Below, piece by piece: positions 21,943 to 34,975 of a DNA stretch of 64,000 nucleotides. Positions within the stretch are counted from its first letter, which is position 1; each line of letters opens with the position of its first letter. This stretch comes from Marsupella aquatica (Eukaryota; Plantae; Marchantiophyta): contig OZ316898.1 in NCBI GenBank assembly GCA_973895155.1, forward strand, positions 9,948,286 to 10,012,285. The letters are read 5' to 3'. Made by a program: the position numbers and the translations under genes. The notes beneath the pieces were generated by a model. That model saw nothing but the letters and a program-made list of their open reading frames with translations, searched no databases and was not told where the DNA came from.

Positions 21943-24900
21943 CTGCTCTCAGTGAACTAGTCACATTTGAAACGGAGAGGCATTCAATCAGGGACGTGTA
22001 TCACCTCAGGTCGTTCTTGATTACGTGGACAAACAAAATTGCAGTTATCAAACTTGTAAAACTGATTGGTGGTAAACGCTACCTTTCAGAGAAGTCAACT
22101 ATTTGTACTTTGGGTTTAGCTGCTCTTCCTACTTGGTACAATATGCGTTTAATGAAATTGACAGAGCTTGAGGCAAGCATGAGTTTTAATGTGTTGCACT
22201 TAAATCCACTTCTCACTTAGCAATGCATTCGGAAATGAATGCATTGCTAAGTGAATGCCCAGGAAACAGCACAAGTCGGCTGCTGTTCAGGTCCCGGTTC
22301 AGGTGTCTCGAAGAACCCACAAGTTCTAACCCTTCTTAAAGCCATCCAAGCTAGTTCATTCCCATCATGATGGATATATGGCACAAATTGTTGTTATACG
22401 TTGCAAAAGTGTTGTCTTGATGTTCATCTTGTCCAAACGGCAAATTGCCACAACCAAAGATTGTGTGCGGATTGAGTAGTCAAAGGATCGCTGAGGCAGA
22501 AATTGTGGGTAGGGAGGAGAGGTGAAAGGTGTGCAGAAGGGAAGGAGCGTCAAAAGATAAGATAAGGTACGGGTCAGGGGTAGGGAGGAGCTGGAGTTGT
22601 GTGGAGAGTAGAAGGAGAAGGCAAGCCTCACAGGTAGGGAGGTGAATTGGGGTTTGGATTTTGTGATCCCGGACAGGAGGTCAGGGCTTTAGATCTCTCT
22701 AATTATTAAAAACTAGAATTTCAAAACTCCAGAAGTTGGAGTGAAAATTTTCACTTTCTTAGCCCACAATTCTTAAAAATATCCCCCAAAAGTGTACATT
22801 TCTATGTTCCACTTGGCGTGGTCCATTTATATTTAGGGCCTTGCATTTATTATTCCCAAACTATGCTTAAAAAGTTTGGATGAGTCAGATTTGAGCTCAT
22901 AACTCCATCTACTGATATCTTCTTCTAGTACAAAGACAACATATAATCATGGTCATTACTACAAGTTCATAAAATTAATCACAGCAAAGCTTATTAGAGG
23001 ATCCTCAACTACACTTTCTTAGACTCAAAGAGGGACACAATTAAACCAAAATATTGATGTTTTAAAGGTTGTCAGCATCAGAGGTGTAGATGTCACGGCC
23101 ACAGGAGAAATCAGCCTATGTCACAAGCTTAAATCTAGGATGCGTGAGAGATCCTGAGATGCTTCTCCAAAGAAAATGTACTTATAATGCACTAACTCAA
23201 CTTTCCTTTCCAGAACTGACTATGCATAGACCTATAAATTGTATCAAATTCCTTTCCACAAAACTGAAGGCTCAGATTTGGACTGTGAAGACGTCCATGG
23301 TGGATTTGGGGACGTACTTTGCCAACAGTGCCTCTCCGGATGGAAAGCTGTAGTGTATTTGTTGGGATACAATGCTCGATCCCTTGCAATAATCCTGACT
23401 TACCATGTGTAGGACAATGAATGGAATGGGCTTTCTCAGTGATTCTCACCGGAAGACGTGATGAATGCGGTTTATGTTCTGTGTGGGGTTAAGATCTTTC
23501 TGGCCATATGGTTTCCGACGGAGAGAAAAATGAAATGAATGCTTAGGTGATTGAAAGGCTGTCTGGCTTACTCTCGCTGAAGAAGAGCATTGGAATGCAT
23601 GAGCTCGACCTTAATTCCGTTCACCATGAAGAGGTATCCTTAGGGCCCCCTCACCTGACTATTTAGGCGTAGGGTCTTGTTATTTCCAATGCTGATTTAT
23701 GTACTTTGGCCAGACAATGCCCAGCAGTTCTGTGCTGAATCCATATTCGACAGTGTGGCGCCACTCAAATATTAATTTTCACACTTTCATTCTGTAAATG
23801 CCCTTTGTCGGGTTCTTCTGCTGGGTAACCTCCCTTGATGGGGCTGTAAAATACTGCAATGCAAAATCACCAATAGGATCCAATACTAGCTGGGAAAGCG
23901 AATCTGTACATGGTTAGCAGGTTTCTGAATGTTGATTATTGTTTCCCGTTTCTTCTAGTCTTCTTATTTTTGGGCACGGGTCCTGATATACCGTTTGATA
24001 CTAGCACTTCATGTGGGGATGTGTTGAACAGTTCAATCACCTCAACTATCCATTCATGTCATTCTCGTGCTTGTTGCTCGTGATCTGATCATTCTCTGCT
24101 GATCTTCATATTAGTAGAATGATGCTAGCTCCATCTCGCTATACCCTTTCAATCTGATGATCATGCATTCTGAGCAGCTCATAATGTCGTCAAAAAACTA
24201 GCTTCACAATCTAGAAGTAGTGTTTAACATGGGTAGAATTGATTTCTTGTTCATTATATCCGACCAGCTTGCAATTTGAGATCTAGAGTTCAATTTGTCA
24301 TCAATTTGTCATAAGCTATAAGTTGGCCAGAAAGGTGTTGAACCAATGTAGATCTCGCTCTTGAAGAGGATTCCATACAGAGTATTCTCTGTCCCACAAC
24401 GAGAGAATCAAAACTTCCATGTGTAATAAAGATCTTTCCCAGCGAATAAAGATCTTTGCCAGCGATCTTATGACTCTAATGGATTTATGATAAATGATTA
24501 TTATCATGATTTTTTACGATATTGGGGAGTGCTAAACAAATGTCGACGTGAAACATTTCAGTCGCAAAGCAACATCATGATTCTGTTGTTGTCGTTGTGT
24601 GGGGTCGTGTCTTACCACACCAGTGCAACTGGGCCTTCTTGTCTTTCCCTGTTTCTCCGTCAAAGAGGAAGAACTGGCAAAAGTCACCTACCATCCAGCC
24701 AAGACCAAAGGCACGGGATTCTCATATCCTTATCAACGGGATGGTTTTACAAAACACCACAAAATTACAAGATGCTACTACACTTCACACGAGTCAATGT
24801 TTGAGTGTCTCCCAGTGAGCCCCACTGCGCTGATGATGTTCAGAACAACGCTCTTGGTCCCTGCTTGAATAAGCTGTCTCCATGATCAAATGCATCGAGG

Positions 24901-25186
24901 AAATTACGTACAATTGAATGGTACAAGGTCGGAATACAATCAACTTTGACACCCGGTCCACAACTGCACATGATATGGTGCTACAGGTCCAAGCTTTTCA
25001 GGCGCAGCGAGGTAATCGCATTTTACGATCGGGACTCACGCTAGCTCTGGTCACACAAGCAATGTACGAGTGACACAATTCAATTATGTATCTAACTATG
25101 TCCCGGCAACTGTAGAAGATCGTGTCATAATCCCGGTAACTGTAGAAGATCGAGTCATTATCCCGGTAACTTTATAATCTCCATTG

Positions 25187-28100
25187 CTACAGTTTATAGC
25201 CCAAGTATTCTACGGGGGTCGCTGCCAAGAAGCCATGAACGTTGAGCTTTGAGGATACGATTCTTAGAGCCGTTTCTGCATCTCCGCGAGCTCCTTCCAC
25301 ATCATTCAACAAGAATTTGACATAACCACGGTGCATCAGCATTTCATAGTCATTTGGTTCTATTTGTAATGCTTCATCCAAATCGGCCAGGGCGCCCACC
25401 AGATCTCCCATTATTCGCTTCAAGACACCCCTCTCCTGCAAAATAAACGCCCTCTGGAGAACTTTATCCGACATCGTGATTGCCTTGTTCGCATCGTCCA
25501 GTGCCCCTTGAAAGTCTCCAAATTCTGCCTTCACAAAAATTCTATGACTGCCATCACAAATATAAAACTTAGTTATATGCTTCAAACAAGTGGACGGGGA
25601 TGTCAACATATTCACCCTTTCTTGTCAACTTTCGCAGCTACCACCACATTTCAAGACCAGCTATGTCAGTCAAATGATCCAATGGAGCTAGGCCAGCTTG
25701 GACGTCTCCACATGTACTGTTCGATTTCACAATGATCAGCATCCGTCCTATCTTGTAATCAAATGGCTTAAATGCCACAAACTCGTACCTCAAAGCCTGC
25801 TAACCGAGCGAGATTAAAAGACATGAGGAAAACAGTCGCTGTGAAATTCTGTTAGTCAGAACTCCACGCTGCGTTGAACCTTTGAATCCATTCACTAAAC
25901 CGCTGTCTATCCAAGTGAGCTTCTCAAGCCTTAGCCGGAATGGTAGTATGGTACAGTATCGTACTGTATGACGACCGAATCTCATGGACGTTAACTTGAA
26001 TCATGGCGTGTGTACAACTATTGCCCTTAGTTTGATTTGTCGACAATGGCCACTTCGTTGGATGATCAACTTATTTCCTTCTTTCTATGTGCATCGATCT
26101 TTATACAATCGGGAGTTGCTTGGATATTAGTGACAGCTTCACGTACCTTAAAGGTCCCACATCTAGTTGTGCGGAGAGCAACCCCACTTCCTTCGCTGCT
26201 GTCGGGTCGATTTTAAACAACACTTCTACTGCTGAATTTCGAGTATCCGGAGGCACATGGTCTCCCACCAAGCTTGTAAGGGCCTGCACTAGACCTTTCG
26301 TTCGTTTTAGGATCGCCATTGTTATAACGTCTACTCTGGCTAGAGCTGCCAAAATCCTTGCTGACCAAATTTGTAACTCATCATTGTAAAGGTTTGACAA
26401 GCAATTCACCACGCCGGCTAGAGCCCGTTCTTCCGCGACGATTCCCAGCCTGACAGAGGCATCTCGAGCACAAGCTAGATTTGCCAAAGCTCCTGCGGCC
26501 GCTATTTGCAAACTAGGCTTGGATTGCTGAGACAATGAATTCACAAGACCAACTAGAATGCCCTGTTTATTCACAATCATTTTTTCAATTTCCCCTTCTT
26601 CCGAGAATGCTAAGCCCATCAAAGCACGTGCTGAATTTTCTGCAAATGCATCCGACTTCCAAACGGGAATGGCCAGCGACTGTACCAACACGTCCATAAC
26701 ACCCGGGATTTTAGCAACAAGGAGTGCTGATTGGTCCTTCGCGGCCTTCCAACAAAGGCGATACAGTGCTCTAGAAGCCGCCTCTTGGATACATGTGTGG
26801 ACACCCTCCTTCAGATTCAGAAGGTCGAGAATCGCCGGCACAAAGCTGATTGTATTTTCGTTGAGCAGAGGCGTTTCTTCTATGGATGAAATGTGAGTGA
26901 TAGCGTCGAGGGTGGCCAACTGTGCAGAAGGACAAACGGCCAACTTCAACAGGTATGAGATGTTCTGGCTATCTAGCTGGCGCTTGCTAATGTAGTCCAG
27001 GAGAACCTGCAAAGAAAAATAATTCACAATGTCAGTGACAAATATAAGTTCAGATAACCTTTGATTGATTTAATCTGAATTATAGATCAGAACTGGCACA
27101 TGACTTAAGTACGTGAAGTCACTTTCAAATAAAGGCCACGCAGGAATCCTCATAGAGACATTCCAAATCATTTCATATGTGTAGAATCAACATTGTAAGT
27201 CTGCTGAATTGAGTCACGTGCAAGATACTTATCGGTTGAAACCAGAAGTCCACTTGCTAATTTTATTCGACAAGTTCAATTTGTATGTTTTACATAGAAG
27301 AGTAATATTGAATTTTAAAAAACTTGTCTACTGGTGTAGAATAAGCTTAACAATGGCTGTTAAAGTTTGATCCAATCGGTCACGCACGCTTGGTTCCATT
27401 TTGGACATGTGGACTATTGGATCCTGTGAGTGCCAAAGTATCAGATTAGTATTAGCACGATGACTCTCTTGAATTCCAAATGTTCCTTTTTCATTTCAAG
27501 ATAATTAGTGCATATACTAATTGTCTGTGAAGTAGAGAGCTGGAAGTTACAGAGCAAAGCACACATTCGAGGATAACAGGACAAATACCTTTCTCACACG
27601 CCGTTTATCAAATTTTGTCCATTTGTACCCCTCTTCAAGCTTGTCCAGTAACCATACGAATGGCTCAACGGATTTTCTCCTTAGGTCATTGATGGTGTCA
27701 TCAGAATCTAGAAGGTTGGATCGCTTGGAAGCCTTGGTCACAGCATGTCTCACGAGTTGATCATTGTGGTGGCGATCAAAGTATAGAGCACAGAGAGCGA
27801 TCCTCATTCTCATCGCCTCGCTCTCCTCTGTCTCTGGTCCAATCTCCAGTTTTTCTGTTGCCGAGTCCTGTTTGCATGTGATGCTGGACTCAGCTGAAAA
27901 GTCATCATCACCAAGCAATGTCTTCATCATAGTCAGGATTTCTTGTTTGCCAACTACATGTCTTTCCATGTAGAGCTTCACTAAAGACTGCAAAGACCAT
28001 GCTGGAGATTCCTGCAACTTTATGTCATTTTGTTCGTTGCCCCATTTGATCTTGGATGCTAACGATTCTGCTGAAGGCTTCAGCAGTTCTCTCATCCATA

Positions 28101-29842
28101 ATTCATTTTTAGACCTGTTGAATGTTGCACGTGTAATTTTCATACCATCACACAAAATTCGAAGCACCTCTTCCGGAACTGATTCTCCTTTGCATGCATA
28201 CATCAAGAAGAGTGTGCTTTTGGCGTGCTTGTTGTCTAGGGAGTCTATACAAAGTTTCATGGTCTCGCATAAGCTTCTGGGGGCAGTCTCACTATTCAGC
28301 CCTAGCACGATAGTGCTGTCTTTGTTGTCTAGTTGCGTAGATAACTCCATCCAAACAGCTTGCCACTCGCTTTGGTCATGTTTGTTCGGGCTGTAAGAGA
28401 AGCTGCTTGCCAAACACGCCAAAGCCAGAGGGTTTCTGTCTGTTGCTTTTATCATTTTATTCGCTATTTCCTGCACATGAACAACAAATACGAGTACATC
28501 CATCCATTGTTACATATTAGAAGGATGTAGCATATATCATAGCCATAGATTAGAGAAGTTAGCCAGTGCCTCGCCAAATCTTTGGATTCTGTTCTAGATG
28601 TAGGCCAGATATCGAGAAACTTTCTCTCTAAATATCATCAGCTTTTAATTGTTGTACAATTCGACAAGAAAAGAAGGATGTAGCCGGACAAGTAACAAGA
28701 TGTTAACTTCGTAGATATGTCGCTAGAAACTAAGGTGTGAAAGGTATGTGAGGAGCCTGTACCAGTAAATGAGGAAGGATCGTTTGATTCTTCAGCCCCA
28801 CAAGAGAGGCAAGAATCTTCCTGGCCTCCTCCTTGCTCGGTTTTTCCATCGGAATAGCCACTGAGTCGTCCTTAAAGTCATCACACAAATTAGACTTTTG
28901 GGAAGTGATGAGAATCTTATCATCCCCACCCTCTCTGGCAACCTCCCACATTTTATATAGAAATTTATTGTCTGAAACTCCATCCAAGACCATCAAAATC
29001 TTCTTGCCAACCATAAAATTTTTGAGAGCTGTTGCGATTCGATCCTTCGAGCTCGCCCTCAGGCCATCTGTCTTCCCAGTTTTTGAACTTTCCTCGGTTA
29101 AACTACTGGGAGACAGGTACTCCAATATTTCATATTGCTTAGTGGCAAGATCAGATATTGAGGCAGTTTCACACGACACCACAATCACATGATCGAAAAC
29201 ATGCCTTTTGACCCCAGACTTCCCGTATAGCTTACACATATTTCTGGCAAGGGTTGACTTCCCTTTTCCCACTCCACCATGTAGTAGTATCATGGCAGGG
29301 CCCTGAGTATCTTCAATTGCCTGGATGACATCTGCCTCTGACTTTTTTATGGGCACATATTTTCCGTCATTGTCGTGGACAATTGTAGACAAGGCCCGCT
29401 TTGCGTCTGCCTTTTGCATTAGACCGGAGAGCTCATCTTCATCCTTGAGTATTTTGGGGATACGATCAAGCTCCTCGTTCACCTTCTTCAGTGTGCTTTC
29501 TAGCTTTTGTGGCAGAAAGGTGAGAGATAACTTTGCATACAACCACCATAGTTGGGAACAGCACTGGTCGCTGTTCACGCTTTTCTCCAAGCTCTCTAGT
29601 CTTGCCTCAGCCTTCTTCAGGTTGACTTCGCCTTTCTTCAAGATCTTCATCATAGTGCTGTCTGTTGGTTGCTGATGGATGCAGACTTGCTCTTCATAGT
29701 TCTTGAGCCTTATGCGGAGTATGGTCGCTTCACTTTGATACTCGCCCGACACAGTAAACCAGTCTTCCTTCACATCCGCGATCTTTGACACCACTTTGAG
29801 GACTGACTCGAAGACTGCCACGACTTCATTCACCACCGCCAT
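25187..29842 (-). CDS. NLR-like STAND protein: helical (CC/RPW8-like) N-terminus, NB-ARC, ARM repeats, 3 TPRs; ~1058 aa; exons 29842-28763, 28470-27589, 27006-26147, 25541-25187
   Basis: P-loop GGVGKGKST, kinase-2 ILMVLDGV, RNBS-B KILITSQ and GLPL-like DRNPLALACLA. ARM motifs (IQEAASRALYRL, LQIAAAGALANLA). TPRs (ERGVLKRIMGDLVGALADLDEAL). All three introns are GT-AG and the phases join to 3177 nt without stops. Confidence 0.85.
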
Positions 29843-31446
29843 GAATCTGACCAGCCATGCGATAGCAAGGCATCAGCAATTAATTACCAAAATACTACTG
29901 AAGCCTGAGTAGATGTGGTTCACAAATTAGATGTGATTCACAAATTAATGAGCAGATCAAAGATTCCAAGAGACCTCAACGCACCTTAGATACACAAAAC
30001 TAGCCTAGGGGCTGGCCCAGGGGCTGTTTAGGAGTAGTGTGCCGGTGTTGTCTCCCTTGTAGTTACAAACACGCCTAGGGGATTAAAGCTCGGGCACAAC
30101 AGATGGGAAATAGAGGGACAACTGAGATCAAAGTCATTTCCTAGGACAGATTCTTCGGTTCGATGTCCTGAAAGGAAAAAAAAGTGCCTACTACAACACG
30201 GTTAGTTTTCACTCTGGGCAGTCTCTCTTACCATACAGCATCACGTACTTCAAAAATGGTCACTTCCAGAACATTAACCCACTAAAACCAAAGAGAGATA
30301 CTTCATCGTTCGCTGTACTACACATGCATAGAAACCCAAGGAAAGCTCCCTGGTCTCTCAGCGAAAGAATCACTCCAGAACTCAAGATGAAACGGTGGGG
30401 ATATGTACCCCGGGTAAAGCTTTCGACAGCCATGTTTGCAGACACGAGGAGAGCGCCAACACAGTGCTGAAAACCATGAAAAATCACTAAGTCCAGATCC
30501 GGCCTTTCTCAAGGCGGCACTACAGACACTATCCTGCTCCTGAGCTGCCAACAACCCAAACCACAACTTGCGACAGGACACAGATCAAGTCATCGATCTA
30601 CATCCACAGAATGGTCATAGCTAGCTGCCATGAAACTACCTTAGACACCGCGGGAGTCACGTGTACAAATGCAGGAGCTGTTCGTAGTGTGCAGCGTCGT
30701 CCCTCTGGTTGTTGCAAACATCGATCATGGTGGAAGTTCGAGCAGAACCGACGGAAAATAGGGGGACAACTGAGATCGAACTAAATCTCCTCCGACAGTG
30801 CCTTCACCTAGACACAACTAAAATGTTCAGCTCTGATCCCACAAAAGCAGTCTGCCTATTGATCGAAGGCACATCGACCTGCTTTCCTACGACAGACATG
30901 GCTCTACGATCTGAAAGCTTACAGAGCTGCCAAGTCAATCAACGCCAAGAGGCAGCAGCAGACCTAGAACGAACCATACGCAGCTACCTGCTCTGCTCTC
31001 AGGTTGCTGCGAGTACTCTCACTGCTGCCTCAAAACCATTCCACGCCATAAGCACCCGGGTGCCGTCCTCAGTCATTCACAAAGCACAATGCGTGATTCA
31101 TACCGAGAAGATTGATCATTGGATATTCGTACAGCTTGAAGGTACCCATCGGGCGGAGCGACAGCAAATGGAGGAGCATTATTTAAGATTTTAAGCCGTG
31201 ATATGCTGGTCAGGAGAGGATTGGACGCCACAAGATCCACCTCGAATGCTACTGGGAGACCCCAGGCTGGACGAGAACTGCCTGAGAGGTAATTCGGAAC
31301 TTTGACTGATGAATAATGCCACTAACTCTGCCAACGTACAGTATGTACAAATCCCTTCACAACCCTTTCGAATGGCTTTCCAATTAGTTTCAAAGCTCGA
31401 ATCTATCAGTACGAGTAGAGAGTACAATATTGTCTTTAAGTAAAAT

Positions 31447-32150
31447 TGAAGCCAGGGTGCCCTTCACAGGTTGATTGATGCGTTCCTCACAACACGGTAC
31501 AGTGCGATTCCTTGAAGGAAGTCAGACAGCTGACCACCCTACGAGATCGAACTTAAATACGTGTAGCCTTAAGAATTCTTAAAATGTGAACGCACGTGGT
31601 GATCTTTGCTACACGATAAGGGTGCCATCTGACCAAAGTCAGAAATCTGTTCACGGAAATGGTCAAGGATTCTGGGTTTACAGTTATTGCATTTGAGTAA
31701 ATTCATTGAAGCCAGGCTGCACTCTGCAGTATCATTCATGCGTTACATCATTCACAGTACAGTACGATCTCGTGCAGGAAGTCAGGCAGATGACCACCCT
31801 ACCAGATCGAACGGAAATACATGCAACCTTAAGAATTCTTAAGAAATGAATGCGAGTGGTGATACTCGTTGGACGATAAGGGTGCCATCTGACCAAAGTC
31901 AGAAATCTGTTCACGGAAATGGTCAAGGACTCTGGGTGTACAATTATTGCATTTGAGTAATTGAAGCCAGGCTGCACTTTACAATATGATTCATGCATTA
32001 CTTTATTCACAGTGCAGTACGATTCCGTGCAGGAAGTCAGGCAGATGACCACCGTCCCTACGGAAATGCATTTATCAACCTTAAGAATTCTTAAGAACTG
32101 AACGCAAGTGGTGATCTTCGCTGGACGATAAGGGTGCCATCTGACCAAGG
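31447..32150. repeat. Three ~255-bp tandem units upstream of the NLR-like gene
   Basis: tgaagccagg at ~31447, 31707 and 31962. caggaagtcaggcagatgaccacc, cttaagaattcttaa and acgataagggtgccatctgaccaa each occur three times. Confidence 0.85.
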
Positions 32151-34726
32151 GTGTCACTTGAACCGGGTTTGGGTTGCCATTTAGTTTTGCTCACAATTAC
32201 GGTATCGACTTTACTGCCACTTTTAGTTGCGGATGAATGAAGAGCTTCAACTGTAGTGACAGAAAATGGCACAAGTGTACTGGGGCGACAAGAGTGGACA
32301 ATCGTCATCATAGCAGAGGTTTCGAGCCGTTTCAAGAGTGACATGTAAGATTGTGTGCCTCGACATGTAACAACTATGGAGAACCAGACAAGATTTGCGT
32401 TAAGGTTTTTGTGAAGCAAAATCTCGACCTTTTCACACGGTGTGGAATCGGAGCCGGAGAAATTTACGTTTTGGTTGGGCAGGGGCAGTGCTGGCCTCTA
32501 TACCAATGGAGATCTTGGTGATGATGTCCAGGAAGCCATGGATTCGAAGCCCCACATACTCGACGATTTTGCTGCGTGTGGACTTTATACTCGCATATTC
32601 ATTCAATCTCCGTTGTATTAGCTCATTCTCGCTCTACTCTGTGGACGCATTTGGGTACCTGTGAACTTCTAGTACTCTTTGATTCTCACAAGTGTTCGAA
32701 GATTCACTTCTATGTTATGGTATTTGGGGCCCTGTGTACTTTAATATTTCATTTATTCGTTCATTCTCTTTAGCCTTTTCCGCATTCACCGCATTCACTC
32801 TATTCCCATTCCTTCTGGATTAAAACTTTGTCGTCTCGTTTGTTCTCCGTAGGTTTTGCACTTTCTCTCTTTGGCCCAATGTTCGCGTTCAGGTGGACTC
32901 GAATCTCATTCTGCGTAGTTTTCTGAACATTGTTGATCCAGTGCAGCGATTGGTTCATGGTGGGTATGAATTCATTGGCACATGGAATCCTTCTCGATCT
33001 CGGTCAGATTGTGTCTCTATTTGACTCTTGTTTGATGACTTCCTCCTGGTTTTCCTTCAGCTTCTGGTTTTTGGATGATCCTACTGGGTCCCTAGACTCG
33101 ACGGATAGGAACCTAGCCTTCCGCTGTCGTCATTTGATGGTTTTCCTTGCAGCAACTGGACATCTATTGTGCAGATATTTGACATTACTGTGAGGAAAAT
33201 TTTCCCCTCAACTTCTTTTTTAAACTACACAAAAAACATTCCTTTCAAGAAGAGATTTTCTTCTGTTTGCTGGCATGCTATAAGTACACTTATGCTTTGC
33301 AACAGGTACAGAAATTGGTTTGCTTGTACCAAATTTCCTTTCACACAATACTTTTTCTCATATCAGGAAAAAACCGTAACAAACTTAGTCATTGCTAGCG
33401 TATACTTGATTTCAAATATTTGAACTTTTGTGTAATTTGTTTTTGTCAATTTGGGACTTCTTCTTTGGCTAGCAAACTCGCTAGCAAACACGCTAGCCAT
33501 ATGGAGTCTTAGAAATGCAGAAGTCTGCCAAAATTAAAAGCCATTATGACCCACTCCTCTGACTAATAACTACTCTCCTTGCTAGCAAAAACTTTATGTT
33601 TGCTTGCATCATAATCGATGCACTGGGAAGGAACTGTCATACTTCCAACTTGTAGAAGTAGTTCTGGAGCTTCAGATGAGAGCATCAAGCTAGCCTAAGG
33701 CTTGGAAAATACAAAGGAAGATGGTTGGGATTGGTTGTGGTGATGATATTTTATTCCTTAAGTCTATAGAGATTGGTAAAGAGAAAGAGGCTGGGAAAAC
33801 TTTAATGCCCAGGAAAAGGCACAGGTCCACTGCTCTTCAGGTGTCCTAAAAAAGCCCACAAGCTACAACTTAGAACTATCCATTCAACTTCATTTATTCT
33901 CATGTATGGCACAACTTGTTGTCTTGATGCAAATGTCTTGTCAAAGAGGTAAATGGTCAAATTAAGAAAGATTGTGTGCAGAAAGAGTACTAGTCAAAAG
34001 AGAAGGCAGAAGTTCTGGGTAGGGGAGGTGAAAGTTGTGGGGATGGAGAGTCAAAAGTTAGATAAGATAGAGGACACGGGCAGGGAGAAGAGGCAGGAAT
34101 TGTGTGGAGGAGAGGAGAGGAGAGGAGAGGTTTGGATTTTGTGATTGGGGATGAAGGTCAGGGCGTGAAGATCATCCTATTCAATAAAACCAGAATTTCA
34201 AAACCTCAAAAGGTGGAGTGGGCATTTGTAGGTTTTTAGGCCAACTTTTTCAATAATTATTTTTCCCCAAAATGAATAATCTTGATGGCTCAAAAAGAAA
34301 TCTGACAATCTCTATTTGTTATTGATATGTCTATAATTTGTATGTGACAACTGTTGGGAGCTCCCACTCTAGTGTTTTTGTCCCAACCATTTCCTTTCAA
34401 ATGATAAGGTCATTTGGAATGGACAGTGACCAGATTTATTCCAATGGATATCGTGTTGATGAACCTTGAACGTGTACAAATTTAGGTTCATACCACCATC
34501 ATTTGACAGCTAATCCTCAATTGGCTGTATTTTCAGGAAAGTTGGACCAGGTAAAAAATGGTGTAAAACACCTCTGCTATGTGACATTTAATTTGCACCA
34601 AGTACCACAAGTGAGTACAATGCTCAAAATTTGGAAGGACAAAAAATGAGGTGCTTGATCTTTGCCTCATCTATATATTACCCGAGCTAAACAAAGATGA
34701 TTCAAAAATCTACAAGCCATCTATTA

Positions 34727-34975
34727 GGGCATCTCAAACCTCTCAGTTTTGGGTCCGGTCACGGTCACACAGCTTTGCCAGAAGTAGAGTGGTGGACCTC
34801 TTGTGACCCATGTCCAAAACTGATACTTTTGGTCCGATATGGGTTTTGGACTTCGGTCACAAGAGGTAAAACATGTAATTGCTTGTGACCTAGGTTTACC
34901 TCTTGTGACCTAAGTCCAAAACTCAAACTTTTGGGACAGGGGATCTTTTTGTGGCCCTCCAGGTTTGAGACTCCC
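34727..34975. mobile_element. MITE-like element (249 bp)
   Basis: TIRs gggcatctcaaacct / aggtttgagactccc (13/15), TA flanks, internal inverted motifs acctcttgtgacc / ggtcacaagaggt. Confidence 0.6.

Larger units (their letters stand above)
14826..22795. repeat. Segmental duplication, copy A (paralog of 22872-34275)
   Basis: Collinear matches: 14826~22872, 15061~23070, 16501~24487, 17188~25187, 18089~26101, 20065~32155, 21548~33121, 22255~33805. Confidence 0.9.
22872..34275. repeat. Segmental duplication, copy B (keeps ~5 kb missing from copy A)
   Basis: Same collinear matches as copy A. The segment ~26975-32135 has no counterpart in A. Confidence 0.9.

Noticed and set aside
25788-25910. Extra exon within the last intron of the NLR-like gene (paralog 17740-17863)
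   Set aside because: It has plausible splice sites but an in-frame TAA in copy B and a phase mismatch with the TPR exon. Direct exon 3 to TPR splicing already restores a TPR.
30709-31194. 161-aa ORF upstream of the NLR-like gene
   Set aside because: Non-ATG start, no recognisable motif and partly duplicated sequence (30106 vs 30753).
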